A DNA stretch of 64,000 nucleotides from Euprymna scolopes (taxonomy: Eukaryota), in assembly GCA_053919585.1 (NCBI GenBank), contig CM132788.1; one strand, written 5' to 3'. The number at the start of each line of letters is the position of its first letter. The first letter of the stretch is position 1. The translations under genes were made by a program, and so were the position numbers. Positions 37,013 to 49,899 of this stretch are shown one piece after another. The notes beneath the pieces were generated by a model that was not told the DNA's origin, did no database searches, and saw nothing but the letters and a program-made list of their open reading frames with translations.

Positions 37013-40000
37013 GTGGTGCCCGCAACTAACCTGTCCTAATGTCTATTTAAATTAACATCCGTCCGCTACTTGTAAAGTGCTCAAACGCGTGTTTGTAAAC
37101 AAACCGCGAGATTCGCATTCGAGAAAATGTGATACACGTATATCTGTACGTGATGTTGCCAAGCTAATCAAAAACCTTGATTCCAGTAAAGCAACTGGCC
37201 CTGGCGATATTCCAATTATAGTACTCAAAAGATTACAACCTGAACTTGCGCCCATCCCTACAAAACTGTCAAAAGGTTGTCTTAAGGAGAATTGCTTCCC
37301 GTCACCCTGGAAAATCTCATCGGTATGCCCCGTATTTAAGAATTCAGTCGATCGTTCATCCCTCTCTCAGTACAGGCCAATAAGTCTTCTGTGTGCCATG
37401 AGTAAGTTGCTGGAAGTTGTGTTAAATAGAGAAGTAATCAACCATCTTAGCAAAAATTACCTTCTTAGTGACACACAATATGGTTTCCATTCTGCTAGAT
37501 CTACAGCTGATGTGCTTACAGAATTCTCTCATAGGATTAGCAACTCTCTCGACAGATGCTACTTTTCCAGGGCAATTGCTCCTTACATATCAAAGGCCTT
37601 TGATAGAGTATGGCATAAAGGGTTACTTAACAAGATCTCCAACTATGGTATAGCTGAAAGTGTCCTCTCAATTATTAAATCATTTCTCTCTGATAGCTAC
37701 ATAAGAGTAGTGGTTGATGGGCAGAAATCAGAAGCTCTTAGTATTAATGCTGGAGTCCCTCAGGGGTCAATCCTGGGCCCAACTCTCTTCCTGATCTACA
37801 TTAATGATTTCCAAATCACATCCTTACACCATTCGTAGACATTTATGCTGTTGAAACTACTATCTATGGTAGCACATCTAAGGACGAAAACGACCAAGTT
37901 CTCTCTGATTCTCTCTCCTCTAATATTGAACAAGCGGTACAATGGGGAAAGAGGTGGCTTGTTTCATTTAATGCATCTAAACCAAGCTTTTATCTTTACA
38001 TCATCAACGCTCTAATCCCCGTCTGGCATCAATTGAAATGAATTGCTTTCGTCGTGGGGAGACTTCATGTTGTGACAAGATTCATGGCTTGACCCTTACT
38101 CCTGATCTGAAATGAAACACATATATTAAATCTGTTGCCAAGGCCGCTGGAAAAATGGTCGGATCCTTCTATCGATCCAGTAGATATCTAACCGTGGATG
38201 CAATCCTCTATCTATATAAGATCCAGGTGCGTCCAAGGATGGAGTACTGTTGCCACATCTGGACAGGAGCTGCTAGAAAGGACTTATCCTGCCTTGACAG
38301 AGTTCAAAATACACTTCGTAGACTTGTGGGGATGCCCTTTTCTCTTCCTTGCAACCTCTATCTCACAGAAGAGATGTTGTGAGTTTGTCTCTACTTTATC
38401 GTTATTTTCAGGGCAGGTGCTCGGCTGAGCTCCATTCTGTGGTCCTCCCTCGACAAACTTTCACAAGAAACACCCGTCTAGATGAAAATACTATCACTAG
38501 TTTCCCCCACTCTTTATCTGTGCCTAAACCTAAGCGTGCATTCTATGATCAAAGCTTCTTTCTTAGAACGGCACCCCTATGGAATTGTCTTCCGTTTTTC
38601 TGTTTGCCAGCTGACTACAATATAGTTGTCTTCAAGTCTAACGTTAACAAGTTTTTGATGAGTCGTTCCATATAAGTAAACTAATTTAACATATCTCAAT
38701 TACTAACTGTTACTATATTGCCCAATTTCTACTGTACACTCGTTAAACTTTATCCTCAAGTGTCCTCTTGGCCTTGATAAATTATGATGCTTATGTAAAT
38801 AAAAATAAAATAAAATAAAATAAATAATGTAAAAATGTGTTCAATGGTTAAAATGCGATTGCAAGGGCTATGTAATTTGTTGTTGATGTTTGAGGAAGTC
38901 GGCGGGGACTGATTATTGAAGGATCGTCCAATGACTGAAATGATGGGAGCGTTAAATGAACTTTACGCTAGCTTAAATATTATGTCTCCTAGTGACACAG
39001 TACTTTAATTTTAGTAACTGTTTGTTTAAAACGCAAATAACTGAAGTACGGAATATGACAATTTTTAGTTGCCAGTAAATCAAATTGGGCGGGCTTAGCT
39101 GAGAAAGTCTTTATTATTTAAGAACTTAAAATAAGATAACATTAGGTTAGATGTCTGAATATACGAGCCAATTACGGCGGATGTAACCAAGTGTAGAATT
39201 TGTGATAGTGACAACTGATAACAGCGAAAGGACTAAATATTTAGAAAGAAAAATAAGGACGGTTTCCTCTACATGTGTTGTGAGTGTGATGTCATTTGTA
39301 GTATAATGTAATGATGTATCTTTATTTTTACGTTAAAACGCGTATAAAATGAGTGTTGAAAGCTATATCATATAGTGGCTATTAGTTTAGATGTTTTTAA
39401 TTTGTGTGTGGCATCTGTTGCTACAAAGCGAAACAAACAAATGGGGAATTTTTGCGGTTAAATTATTAATACATACATAGATATACTGATCATAATAATA
39501 AACATAATATAAATAAACATGTATACAGTAATATTTAACATAATAAAATAATTTAGTTATGTAGCCACTCTCTCTAGCCTTTCCCATCTCATAAGTAATA
39601 TTGTTATAAATATAGGATTTTTTTTATGATGTTTTAAAATATAGTTTTATATTTTTGTTAACATTTTATATATCTGTTAGTTTTATTATTTAATTATGAG
39701 TAAAAATTAAAATGTATTTTATATCGTAGAGTTTTAAAATTAATTGTAATTTAAAATTTAAAAAGGTTTATAAAAATGTCTATTCCGATATTTGGAATAA
39801 TTAAAGCACTCAGCGAAGTCTTTAGTGTTTTTTTTTTTTTTTGCATGAGGAGACAATCGATAATTTCTCAATGTCATTGACAGTCATAAAACGGCAAATT
39901 TTAACAGCAACGACGTAATAGAAACGGACACATAAACACTCCTATAAAGACCTTGTTTTATTGGCTGTATAGATCCCTCAGCAGTGAGCCCGTAACAAAA

Positions 40001-40106
40001 CCAAAAAAAAGCAAAAATAAATGGAATTAGACATTTAAAATGGTTAATATTTAGTTAATACAAGGAAACGAAAGTTAATATAAATTTTGTGAATATCTTA
40101 CCTTAC

Positions 40107-40223
40107 CATCCCCATCGCCGACTTCGGCAACATTTTCTACTGTCAGCTGCATTTCCAGGAAATTATCGAACCACGATGGAGCAAAGAATGCCTTTAGTTT
40201 ATCAATAATTTTATTCAGCAACG
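40107..40223 (-). pseudogene. Small degenerate exon
   Basis: Acceptor TTTTATTCCGTAG and tandem GTAAG donors; IKLLIKLKAFFAPSWFDNFLEMQLTVENVAEVGDGD requires a frameshift at its start. Confidence 0.35.
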
Positions 40224-40739
40224 TCTACGGAATAAAACAAGTCATAATTAAATTACAGGTTTAAGCTATATAGCTTAGAACAACATACATGTGTGTAGTA
40301 ATTTATTAATTTCAGGTAAATTGAAAACCCACTTCTTGGGGACAAAGTGATCCGTGATGCATGTAATTGAAAGCATGTCATCAAGTCTCGTGGCAGAGTA
40401 GAAGAGAAGTTACCGAAGAAAGTTATAAATTTCAAACATTTTTATACACAGAAACACTTCAAATATTGCGGGGTGGACTTATAATTTCAACTCCAAAATG
40501 TCCTCGTTTTTTAAAATTATTTTTTGTTTTGGACAAAATGTCTCACCGTTAAATATTATTTCCTTATATTTTAAAGATTTATAAAAAAACAAACTAAACA
40601 AATAAAAGACAGGTTGAACCTATACAATGCACACTCAACGTATATTTTATCTTCGTCTTTTTTCAACGGATTATGGATTGGTCACAACGCACATCCCTCT
40701 TATTCATATTTTTTTACAACGAGTTACTAACATCACAAT

Positions 40740-41300
40740 ATAATGTCGATAAGCGTACAGTGGTTAATGGGGCAATGCCGTTATAAGTGTTTGTAGTTGA
40801 AATTTGATATAGTGGATTACTTAAGCATAATAGCTTATCAAGAAATTGTTTACGTTGACTTGAGCAGTCAGCAGGAAAGAGGGCAAATTGAAAAGAGTTT
40901 CACAAGTGTGCAGTTCTAAGAAGTTTTTTCGTGGAATCTACGTGTAGCTTTGGGGACAGATAAAGAGTGAGCGGAAGTACTGTTAGTGTCTTAAGCTATA
41001 CGAGTGTTTCTTGTGTAAGTTTGGCGACAGAAGGGCTATAGATTTGCTCTCAGATGAGCAGTTGCCATGAAAATAATGGCAAAGAAAAGACAGGCTCGTA
41101 ACGTCACTTCTGTGAGAAAGCGCTTATAGGGAACAGAACAGGGCACCCCCCCACTAGACTACGAACAAGTCTTTCTATAGCTCCTGCCCAGATGTAGCAA
41201 CAGAACTGCATCCTTTGACGTACCTGGTTCCTATATATGTAGGTAATCGCATCAGCAGTGCGATATCTACTGGCTCGATAGAAGAATATTAATTTATTAG
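40740..41300 (-). mobile_element. Highly degenerate Penelope-like RT remnant
   Basis: Fragments resembling SYLKDT (~40985-41003) and NF.FN.KHY.Q.NG.A (~40770-40815) occur in the expected order. Confidence 0.35.
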
Positions 41301-41313
41301 TATAGGAGACTGC

Positions 41314-41534
41314 TATTATCCAATATAATCTGTGTCGCTTTCACTGGTCGCAATGTTTGTTTTCGAGATCCCGGAAAAAGTTATGCACAAACACGCGAAC
41401 ACAAACATGGTGATCTGTAAAAAGAATATGAAATACGCGTGTGCATTAAACTTTTACGCACCTACAACTAATGAATGAGAATGCAAAAAAACATGGCGAC
41501 CAGTGAAAACCACAGGGGATTTATTGGATAATAA
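41314..41534. mobile_element. MITE with ~50-bp imperfect TIRs
   Basis: tattatccaatataatctgtgtcgctttcactggtcgcaatgttt vs the reverse complement of aaacatggcgaccagtgaaaaccacaggggatttattggataata. Confidence 0.7.
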
Positions 41535-41640
41535 GGTCTAAAATCATTTTTTTTTATCAAAAAATTGAAAAAAATCATTTATAAGAGAGTGTGTAATCTA
41601 TTGAAAAAAAGGACATGTAAATGAAGAAAAGACAACAATA

Positions 41641-42489
41641 CAGGAAGTGAGTGACCATTCCAAAGGTTCACTCTACTTTTTATATGTGTAAACAGCCAAT
41701 AAGATTTCAAGAATAATTAACTTATTAAGTAATATTTAGCGATGCAAGCTAGGCATGTGAAAAATATATGCTGATGCTCAAAATGAATAACATTTTTACC
41801 CGCCTTTATTTCAAAATTCACAAAAAATCAGAGAATTAACGAACTTTTATAAAATTTTCAGTATTTATCAAATAATGATCAAGAAATATATGAACTCATC
41901 AGCTTTATTTAGTGCAAAGCTATTATTTTGTTTGAGCAAATATGTTTTTACTTAAGTTATGGCTTTGTGGTAGTAAAAAATGATGTAAATTATTTTTCCT
42001 GTTTTTTTTTATAAAACTAAAGCATAATAATAACACAAATAGTTGATTTTTAAACGAATATTACTATCTAACGTATAAAAGCCCCTAAAATCTGCATTAA
42101 TAAATTCGGTATAACTCGAAGAAAAATCAATTTCTCGAATTACTAATATTATTATTGAATTAAGCGTGGTTTATTTAATATTTTCTCGCAAAAAATAGAA
42201 TATGAAATAACATTTCTACTTTTTTTTCAATTGCAGGTTCGGCATAATTTTTATATGTAAGAATTTAATATTTTCCGCGCTTAAATGAATGTGAAACTTT
42301 CCGCGTTACATAATTTTTATATAATATTGAATCATAATTTAAAAAAAAAGATAATTTCAAACCATCCTTTTTTAATTACATGACATCATTTTCACAGTAT
42401 TTCGAATGGCTGAAATTTTGGGCTTCCGTATATTCTGTGATTACAACACGTTCGTTTTTTTCACTTTTGCGAACGGTAGACTCACCCTG
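41641..42489. mobile_element. Tc1/mariner-type non-autonomous element
   Basis: TA|caggaagtgagtgaccattccaaagg vs the right-end reverse complement cagggtgagtctaccgttcgcaaaag; AT-rich non-coding interior. Confidence 0.5.
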
Positions 42490-43129
42490 TTTGGAGCTAA
42501 TTAAGCGATTTTTGTACAAACAAGGTGATCTTTTATTTAATTCGACATCTTAGGGCTTTACTAATTATCTTCGAATTAACTCAGAAACTAATATTTATCT
42601 GTTAAAAGAGTTTTACAATGAGTTTATATAACATTAAGATTTAGCTGACTTAGTTAGCTCGAAATTATAATAAATCAGATTTCAAAACTATATGTTCTTA
42701 TCTTCATTCGTCCCTTTTTGGCCGTACCTAATAATAGCTTCTCAAGGCAGATATTAACAATTAAAAATCCGATAGTTTTTAATTTTTTCATGTGTTTGAA
42801 AATTTTTGGAACGTATCACTTTCAGCCCGTTCTTTCATTATGACCCCCGCTACCAAACTATAAAAAATGCTTACAAATTCATGTATCGTTTACCAATACG
42901 TGGCCAAGAAGGGAGTGCTCATTTTATGTTAAGTTTATATAAGAAATTGATCCGCCAACTCTAAACAACTAAATTTAAACTACTATTTTAAAAAAAATCC
43001 TTATTTTACATTATCATTAAACACCGTTTCAAAATGGTCAGCCAGAAAAAGAAAGTTTTATTTATTTATGCAGGTCAACTACGCTGAGTTATCTCGTAAA
43101 ACTCCCTATGAATATATGACTTTTTCTAG

Positions 43130-43575
43130 TTTAACCCAAAACAAGGCACATATAATATAGGGGGATATTATCGGGACTATAAGTTGCAAGGTTGTCTTGT
43201 AGCAAGTTGCAAAGCAAGATATTTGTTCACTTTACATTTGAACTTCTGCATGTCAGTCGAGTTGTGAAAGCAGGAAGAAATTATTAGAGTAGATTACCTA
43301 CTTACATTTAGGGTTCTCTGGTGTGAAGGAGCGGGATTTTGCTGCTTATTGGCTTGGTGGGGGTATTTATGTCGACGGGAGTAATAGGGTTTATGGTTCG
43401 GCGGAGCAGCATCCATGAAAATAGTTGTTTAAAAGGAAGAGGGATGTAGCATTTCGTCGATATGACAGAAGCTGAAGAAAATATTACAGTTCAGCATCTG
43501 TCAGGTTTAGGACTTTCTTTGGAATCCTGTCCAGGCGTGAGAGACTAGTAGCTGATTTACCAGCTAAGATGCTTC
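43130..43575 (-). mobile_element. CR1/L2 3' fragment, same family as the 8.8-kb and 22.5-kb copies
   Basis: Shares aaacaaggcaca..., ttgaacttctgcatgtcagt, atttcgtcgat and gagagactagtagc with those copies. Confidence 0.8.
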
Positions 43576-45389
43576 TTTTTAATAAATTGGAAGAAATAAT
43601 TTTAATCGCGCAAGTAATGTTAAGGGTTGGGTTAATACACATTTTATTTTTTTTTTATTGTATTTCCATATTTTTCTTGTTTATCACATTTTTTCGTAGT
43701 GATTTAACCTTTAAGGATTGACCCGTTTCTGTTTATTCACGTAAGGAGTTGAGCCAACCCGAGAAACTTCATGGATACCGCACGTCGGTAAATGCAATAT
43801 TACTTAATATTTTAAACATTTTAACGTGCGAAGTAATTTATTGATTTTTTTTAATTATATAAATTAAACAAGTAAGGGCAACAAAAAATAACACTAGAAA
43901 ATAATCTGATCAAAATACTATGCACTACTAATTTTATAGATTAATTTGACAGTAAACAATATATTTATTTGATTTGGAAATGATCACTTCTGTTGTTAGT
44001 ACTTTTGATTTTACCGCTTCGCGGATTCTACGAATTGTCTCTAATCTTCCTGATCAGTGACGAGAATATTCGTAAGCGGCCGATCGAGAAGCGTAAATCC
44101 GCTACTAGAAAATAATACTGATAGGTAGTGAAACATGGAAATCCAACAAATAAAATTAGAACCTGTATCTAACCCAACCCTAAACCTTAACGCTAAACCA
44201 TAACGCTAAACCATTAAAATAAACCGTTACAATAAACACGAAAGATAACCTCACACCATGAACCCTAACACTAACCTGCGTGATTAAACTTATTTTTTTA
44301 TTTCTTCCAATATATAAAAATATATTAGCTAAAATAAGACAGCGCGTGCGTTATAAATAGTGGGACAATCCACCGACTATTTCTGTGTTCTTTCCGAGCG
44401 AGTCCGAGCCAACTTCTGGAAATACATATACACTGAGTCTGTATCTACTAATCAAGAGTTCAATGATATATGTCTGCTTCAATGAGATGTGTTTTAAGGC
44501 AATCGTTTTTGGAGTTAAAATAGAAAGCTCTACTTTTGAAACAACTTTAGTTGTATACACAAATTGGCTTACCTTTGGTCTGCCGTATGGAGAAATCCAA
44601 TCATATATTCGCCAAGAATTGATTCGTTCGGTCATTTTTAAAGGAGCGTTAAGCTTACCGACAGAGTGGAAAAGATATAGGCAATACAAATTTAATATAT
44701 ATATATATATATATATATTTATATGTGTGTATGTGTCTGTTTATTTATGTGTCTGTGCATGTATATATATATATATTCATATATATATGTGTGTATTACT
44801 CTTATATGTATATGTTTTCTTGTATACTTATAAAACTTGTTGATCTCATAAATTTCGTGTACACTGGACAACAAATAAAAGGAACATGTGTACAGTGGAT
44901 AACATCACAGATCAATGGCGTTATAAAGGAAAACGTTCTCCGGTTTTACTCAGTTTTATGGCCGATGTTATCTAGCATGACGTCATAAAGCATCACTCCC
45001 GATCATGACGTCAGAAAGGATTTCATTCAAATGTGAAAATGTCATACGCGCCATTTTATCTAAATATCATCGAGAGTATGCGTGACTCCATGACCTCTTC
45101 AGTAGGGATGAAATGTTGTCTGGCTCAGACCAAGAAGAGGGTAATCAAAGTTTTGTAGTGTTCCTTTTATCTTTTTTTTTTCTGAGTGAGGGATAGTTTA
45201 TAATACACAATATTCGCCTCAACACTAAATCCACTGATCCAGCAATTAACTTTCAAACACAGTTCTCTCTTCTTTCAAGTGGGTAGTTGTGCAGTCATGT
45301 AGAGAGAAACAAGCTAACTCATAGAACGACTGAAAACATGATTTTCATTGCTGTTTTATTACTCATTTTGTCCATATGAGGTTCCCTTT

Positions 45390-45600
45390 TTATATTTACA
45401 AATGAATCCACCTTTATCAAGGTCCGAAGGCCACTGGAGGATAAGTTTTAATGAATGTTAGATTGTAGTGTCGTAATCGTTAATGATGTAGATTATGTAG
45501 AATTTGGATTATTTAAGAGGGATGCTCGGTAAGATTTTATTTGCATTAAACTTGAATTCTGGCATATTGTTATCGGCTAAGCCGGAGACCAGTGGAAAAA
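45390..45600 (-). mobile_element. 3' end of the LINE family found at 36.4-38.8 kb
   Basis: tttatcaaggtccgaaggccactggaggataagttt resembles the reverse complement of 38745-38780. Confidence 0.6.
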
Positions 45601-47324
45601 GATATATATTTGTATATATATTTATATATATAGCAGGCATTGACCGGCATTAAACAATCCGTTAAATTCATTAAAAACGTGAATTAAAAAAAAGGAAAAT
45701 AACAGAGAGATGTGGGCGCGCGTATTATGCATTTCTAAAAAAGTTCACTTCCTGTTAGTAAAATAATAAATAAATAAATAAGCTGAGATCGAAACCATAA
45801 TATAAAGATATCTAGTCAAGTACGATATCTATTTGACCATTTTGGACGATCTCTAGAAATGTGTCAAGTCCTTATAAAAACAAAATCCGATCGGCCCCAC
45901 GTATTTTTCAATTATGACTCCTTAGCTCTCTGCGTCTTTTTTCCTGATGAAAAGCGTTGAAAAATCTTTCCACATGTATGAACAACCTATATACAAAATT
46001 TTAATCTGTAGATCAGAAATTCCTTGAATGTAAATGTTGAGAAGACACCTCATATCTACATGCACATTCTAACTTGTATAGATATTCTAGCAGATTGCCT
46101 GGAGTTGTTTAAATTTAAATAATACAACAACAACAAAAACCAGGAAAAAACTTAAACGTGCATGCGATTATGGTTTTTTTCTGCAATTGTTTAACTCGTT
46201 GAAAGTAAAAAAAATATAGTCAGGCTTAGATCGAAACCAAAACCTAAACACAGTGAGTTAAGAACGATAGCCATTCGACCAGCTTTACATAATCTACAAG
46301 AAATCATTTTCAAAACAAACATGTTTCCCGACCGCGCATAGGGTTTGTGAAACTGTTTAAAAAAGATAAAAATAAGATCACCTCCACGTATCAATTTTAA
46401 TATTTCTACACCTTAGCGCCCTTTTATCCGGATGTTAAACCAGTAAAACTTGGAGTGCTTGATAACACTATAATCTAAACTTTAATCCGTAGATAACGAA
46501 ATAGCTGAGTATATGGGTTAAGAAGTGTCCTCACATATACACACTTTAGCACGTTAAATTATATACATGTTCGGTTACTTAATAGCTATTACAAGTGTAT
46601 TGATGGAGTAAATAAACACAGGATACCTTTCTTCTCTAAATTACATTATACTGGAAGTTATGTCGACGACAACGAACAAAACAAATTAACACTATACATT
46701 TCTGAGCTTTTTACAAGCAGACGTGGGAAAAGACACGTCATTATATTTACATGTTTACAAAAGCAAGGGAAAAGCCACGGCCCTTATGTCAAAGGGAATA
46801 TTACTCCAATTTTCCTATTCCAAAAACATACGTCAAAATTTACCAAATATGGGAGCCAACTCTAAATTACATTTTCTATATCGTCAACATTGGTTTTATA
46901 TTTCTAATATCGTCCATAAATGTCAACATTGGTTTTAAGTCAGTTTTCAAATACAGTTCATTGTGCTTTATAAGTTGTCTGCTCACTAGTAATTTTATTT
47001 TATTTTACCAGATAATGTTTACTCCTCTGTAAATCCCTGGGGCGTTTCCCCGTTTATATGGACTAACACATTTTAGAAAAAAATGTAAAGTTTAAACATG
47101 TGCACAGGGATTTAAAAATACATGGCGCATTAACGCCTGTTGTCTCAGTTTATATGCAGGTCTTCCAAAATTAAGTAGATCCCGACACACATAAAAAAGT
47201 TTTAACATAATTTGCGGACATATCGAAACTTATACAACTTGCACCTTTTGAATTTCTTTTTTGGTACCTTATTGTTGTAAGTAAATGAAGACGTAAAACA
47301 AAATCTCTTTTCAATTAAAATAAA

Positions 47325-49880
47325 ACACACAGCTAACAAATCAAGGGACACAGAACTCAGTCTTTTAAAGAAAACGGAGCACGTGCAAAATCACGTGGCA
47401 AGAAACTGACTTTGCTTATCTATTTAAAATAAAAAAAAATAATTAGTAAGAACAAAACAATTTAAATGAAAATATTTTAAACAGTAAGAAAACACAATTA
47501 AAATGAAACTATAACAATCACCCCCACTTGTAAAAGAGGTTGGAAATAGTTTTTTGTTTTATAAATCCAGTTGCTGGACTGGTCTGCGAATTCTGTTAGA
47601 TCGGCGTAGAGGTAGTTCGCTATTCGAAGGACTGGTTGTCCTCGGGGAAGGTTGGTTCACAGGGTTATCACTATTATAGTCAAATTCATTTTCTGTATTC
47701 GGCGTAGTACTAACAGGACTTGTTTCGCTCAACATGGTCGGGTCTGCATTTGCAATGTCGGATTGGATACTTTTAGCAGGATTTTGAAGTCGAAAGCGAG
47801 CTAGATGTCTCAGCGCTACTGAATCTTCCCGGCCATCATTATGTCGTATTCTTGCATGTGTACGGTTAGCTTCGATGAGTTTCACTACCTCGACAATCGA
47901 TTCATATATCTTGCTGTTACCAACCCGTTTTAATAATACCTCCCCAGGGTCACAGAGCCAAAGAGGTAAAGCAGTACGAGTAGAAGAGCGCCTTTCACAG
48001 TTTGATATGAGTTGGTGAGGAATTGCATTTGTAGTAGTGCACAGCAGGGAGCGAATATCATTTAAAACATCGTGGTAAACATCCTTTAAAGCGCTAAGTG
48101 TAATCGTCAAGATTCTAGAGTTGTTCCAAAAATACCGTTGTTGCGCTCGCATTGACTTTTCCCTCTTGGACTGTATGCAGTTGTGTTGCTGGATCTAATC
48201 CCAAGTCCCGGCAACATTTTGCTTGAATTCTTCTGATTTAATCGGAATGGATAAATTAGAGAAGTCCGAATATGGAGTAAATATTTGTCAAGTACTGTAT
48301 TGCGGTTTGCGTAGAACAATCACGACAAGGGAAAGCAAAAGGAAATCGACTGTATTAATCGACGGCAGTAAATATGTAACGATATCCCGTCGAAGATACC
48401 GGGGCAGGTCCTTTGTAGTCTATGGAGAGGCGCTGAAAGGTGGCAGTAGAATAGATCAGTGTCCTATTCGCAGAATCGAAGAACTGGTGTTATATTTTGG
48501 CACAAGTGGTACATTCAGATGTCACACGCTGGACTTCATCAATTGAATATGGACTATTTCATGACCTTACAAAATGCCAAAAGCGCTGTACTCCAGGATC
48601 TATTAATGAATTGCGTAGTAACTTTAGTTCCTCCAAGGAAGAAGCACCACCACCACATACTCTCAATAATGCATCGGCAAAAAGGTTTCCACTTCCAGAA
48701 CGGTGTTTTATGTCATATGACAACGGAATAATTTCCATTTTCCACCGTATAATTTTTTAATCTTTCCTTGGTTAGAAGGTTTAAACATAAAATATACGGC
48801 TTGCTGGTATGTTACAATAGTAAAATGCTTCCCAGCAAGGAGATCTCTCTATTTTCGGACGCACTCCATTATGGTATAAACCTCTTTCTCGACTATGTGA
48901 AGCCGTATTTCAGAAGGCTTTACCGATCAAGAAAAGAACGCTACAGGCCTTTAAGCCTGTAAGAGCCTGCCTCCGATAGCCTTTTCTGAGGCATTCGTTT
49001 CAATAGGTTATAGTAATCTATCATCAATAACTTTTTCAGACGATTCAGCAAGTTTTCCAAAGGAATTGATAACTATAAGCGGCATGGGGAATTGTTTATT
49101 TTCGACCAGTCGAGGAAATGTGTATGGATACTAAGGTATCCATTTCGCATACTACGGACACATTCTAATACACCTCTTTAACGAATCTGGATTGGAAGGA
49201 CGAGACATTTGTAAATGAGTTTTAAAACGCTGAACATCTGGTTGCATAGCCCTGTTACAAAGTTGCGACCCAAGCAAATGGGTGGAATGAAGCGGAAACA
49301 TTGATGTTTCTCGGTTTATTTTGCGGTTATATGATGAGGCAGCTTTTAAAAACATTACATACTAACATGACCACGTATAAACGCATCACGGACAGATTCA
49401 TCCCGGTAAGTAGTAGCAGTAACGTCTGTAAAGAAACAGTCCGCGGCAAGTCGAAGAAGATATTGTTCGACAGACTCGTTTTTTTTTTTTTTTTTTGCAG
49501 ACACGTGGGCAGCAGATGTCTAGTATGTATAACGATTGGAGACTTGTTGTAAACACCTTTCAGTGATTCGACAGCGTGTTCAAATCCTGAACAAATCTCG
49601 ATAACGTCAGCAACGATCGGACCGATGTTTAAATAAAGAACTTCTAGCTTATCACGGTTTAACGAAGAAAGAGTGTATAAATAGCAATTTCCAAGGCTTC
49701 ATTGACCAAAATTCACAGCTACTAAAGTAAGAGAGAAAGAACTGAGTTTTTAAGAAAAAGGAACACATGCAAAATCGCGTTGCAAGAAATTGAACTTGCA
49801 TAACTATTTTTTTAAATTAAATTTAATTTAAATAAACATCTTTTAAACAATGAAAACAAATTGAAAATATAAAAGGTACA
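47325..49880 (-). mobile_element. Internally deleted Ty3/Gypsy LTR retrotransposon with two diverged ~170-190-bp LTRs
   Basis: Direct repeats ~47325-47516 and ~49713-49880. PPT-like AAGTGGGGGTGAT precedes TGTTAT of the 3' LTR; PBS-like TGGTCA at ~49703-49708; integrase SSNTTAYSPRGKSQCERNNG and C-terminal PLRRSNRIRRPVQQL. Confidence 0.85.
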
Positions 49881-49899
49881 CTTATATTTTATTCTATTG

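Larger units (their letters stand above)
36612..37120 (-). mobile_element. Non-LTR retrozyme: tandem hammerhead-bearing repeat with a tRNA-derived segment, flanked by a 14-bp TSD
   Basis: gagaaaatgtgata at 36598-36611 and 37121-37134; internal direct repeat ~36609-36797 vs ~36864-37119; removing the insert restores LINE continuity. Confidence 0.88.
36390..38828 (+). mobile_element. CR1/L2-type LINE, 5'-truncated (RT to (TAAAA)n tail), carrying a 509-bp insertion
   Basis: ORF pieces FWQITNSILNR..., SKATGPGDIP, QYRPISLL, QYGFHSARST, SKAFDRVWH, GVPQGSILGPTLFLIYIND, mutated YADD (IYAVET) and RPRMEYCCHIW; (taaaa)n tail at ~38797-38828. Confidence 0.95.

Noticed and set aside
37077-37838. 253-aa ORF as an intact RT gene with a novel N-terminus
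   Set aside because: Its first residues come from the retrozyme insert, the frame shifts before the catalytic motif, and that motif is mutated (YAVE).
34190-39340. piggyBac-like traces (FIDN-like at ~34380 on minus; Cys-rich CRIC/CxxC at ~39190-39300 on plus)
   Set aside because: Too degenerate to support by eye, and no TTAA-flanked TIRs found; a profile search is needed.
44165-44280. Telomere-like taaccc/taaacc repeats
   Set aside because: Short, degenerate and interstitial; such tracts are common inside non-autonomous transposons.
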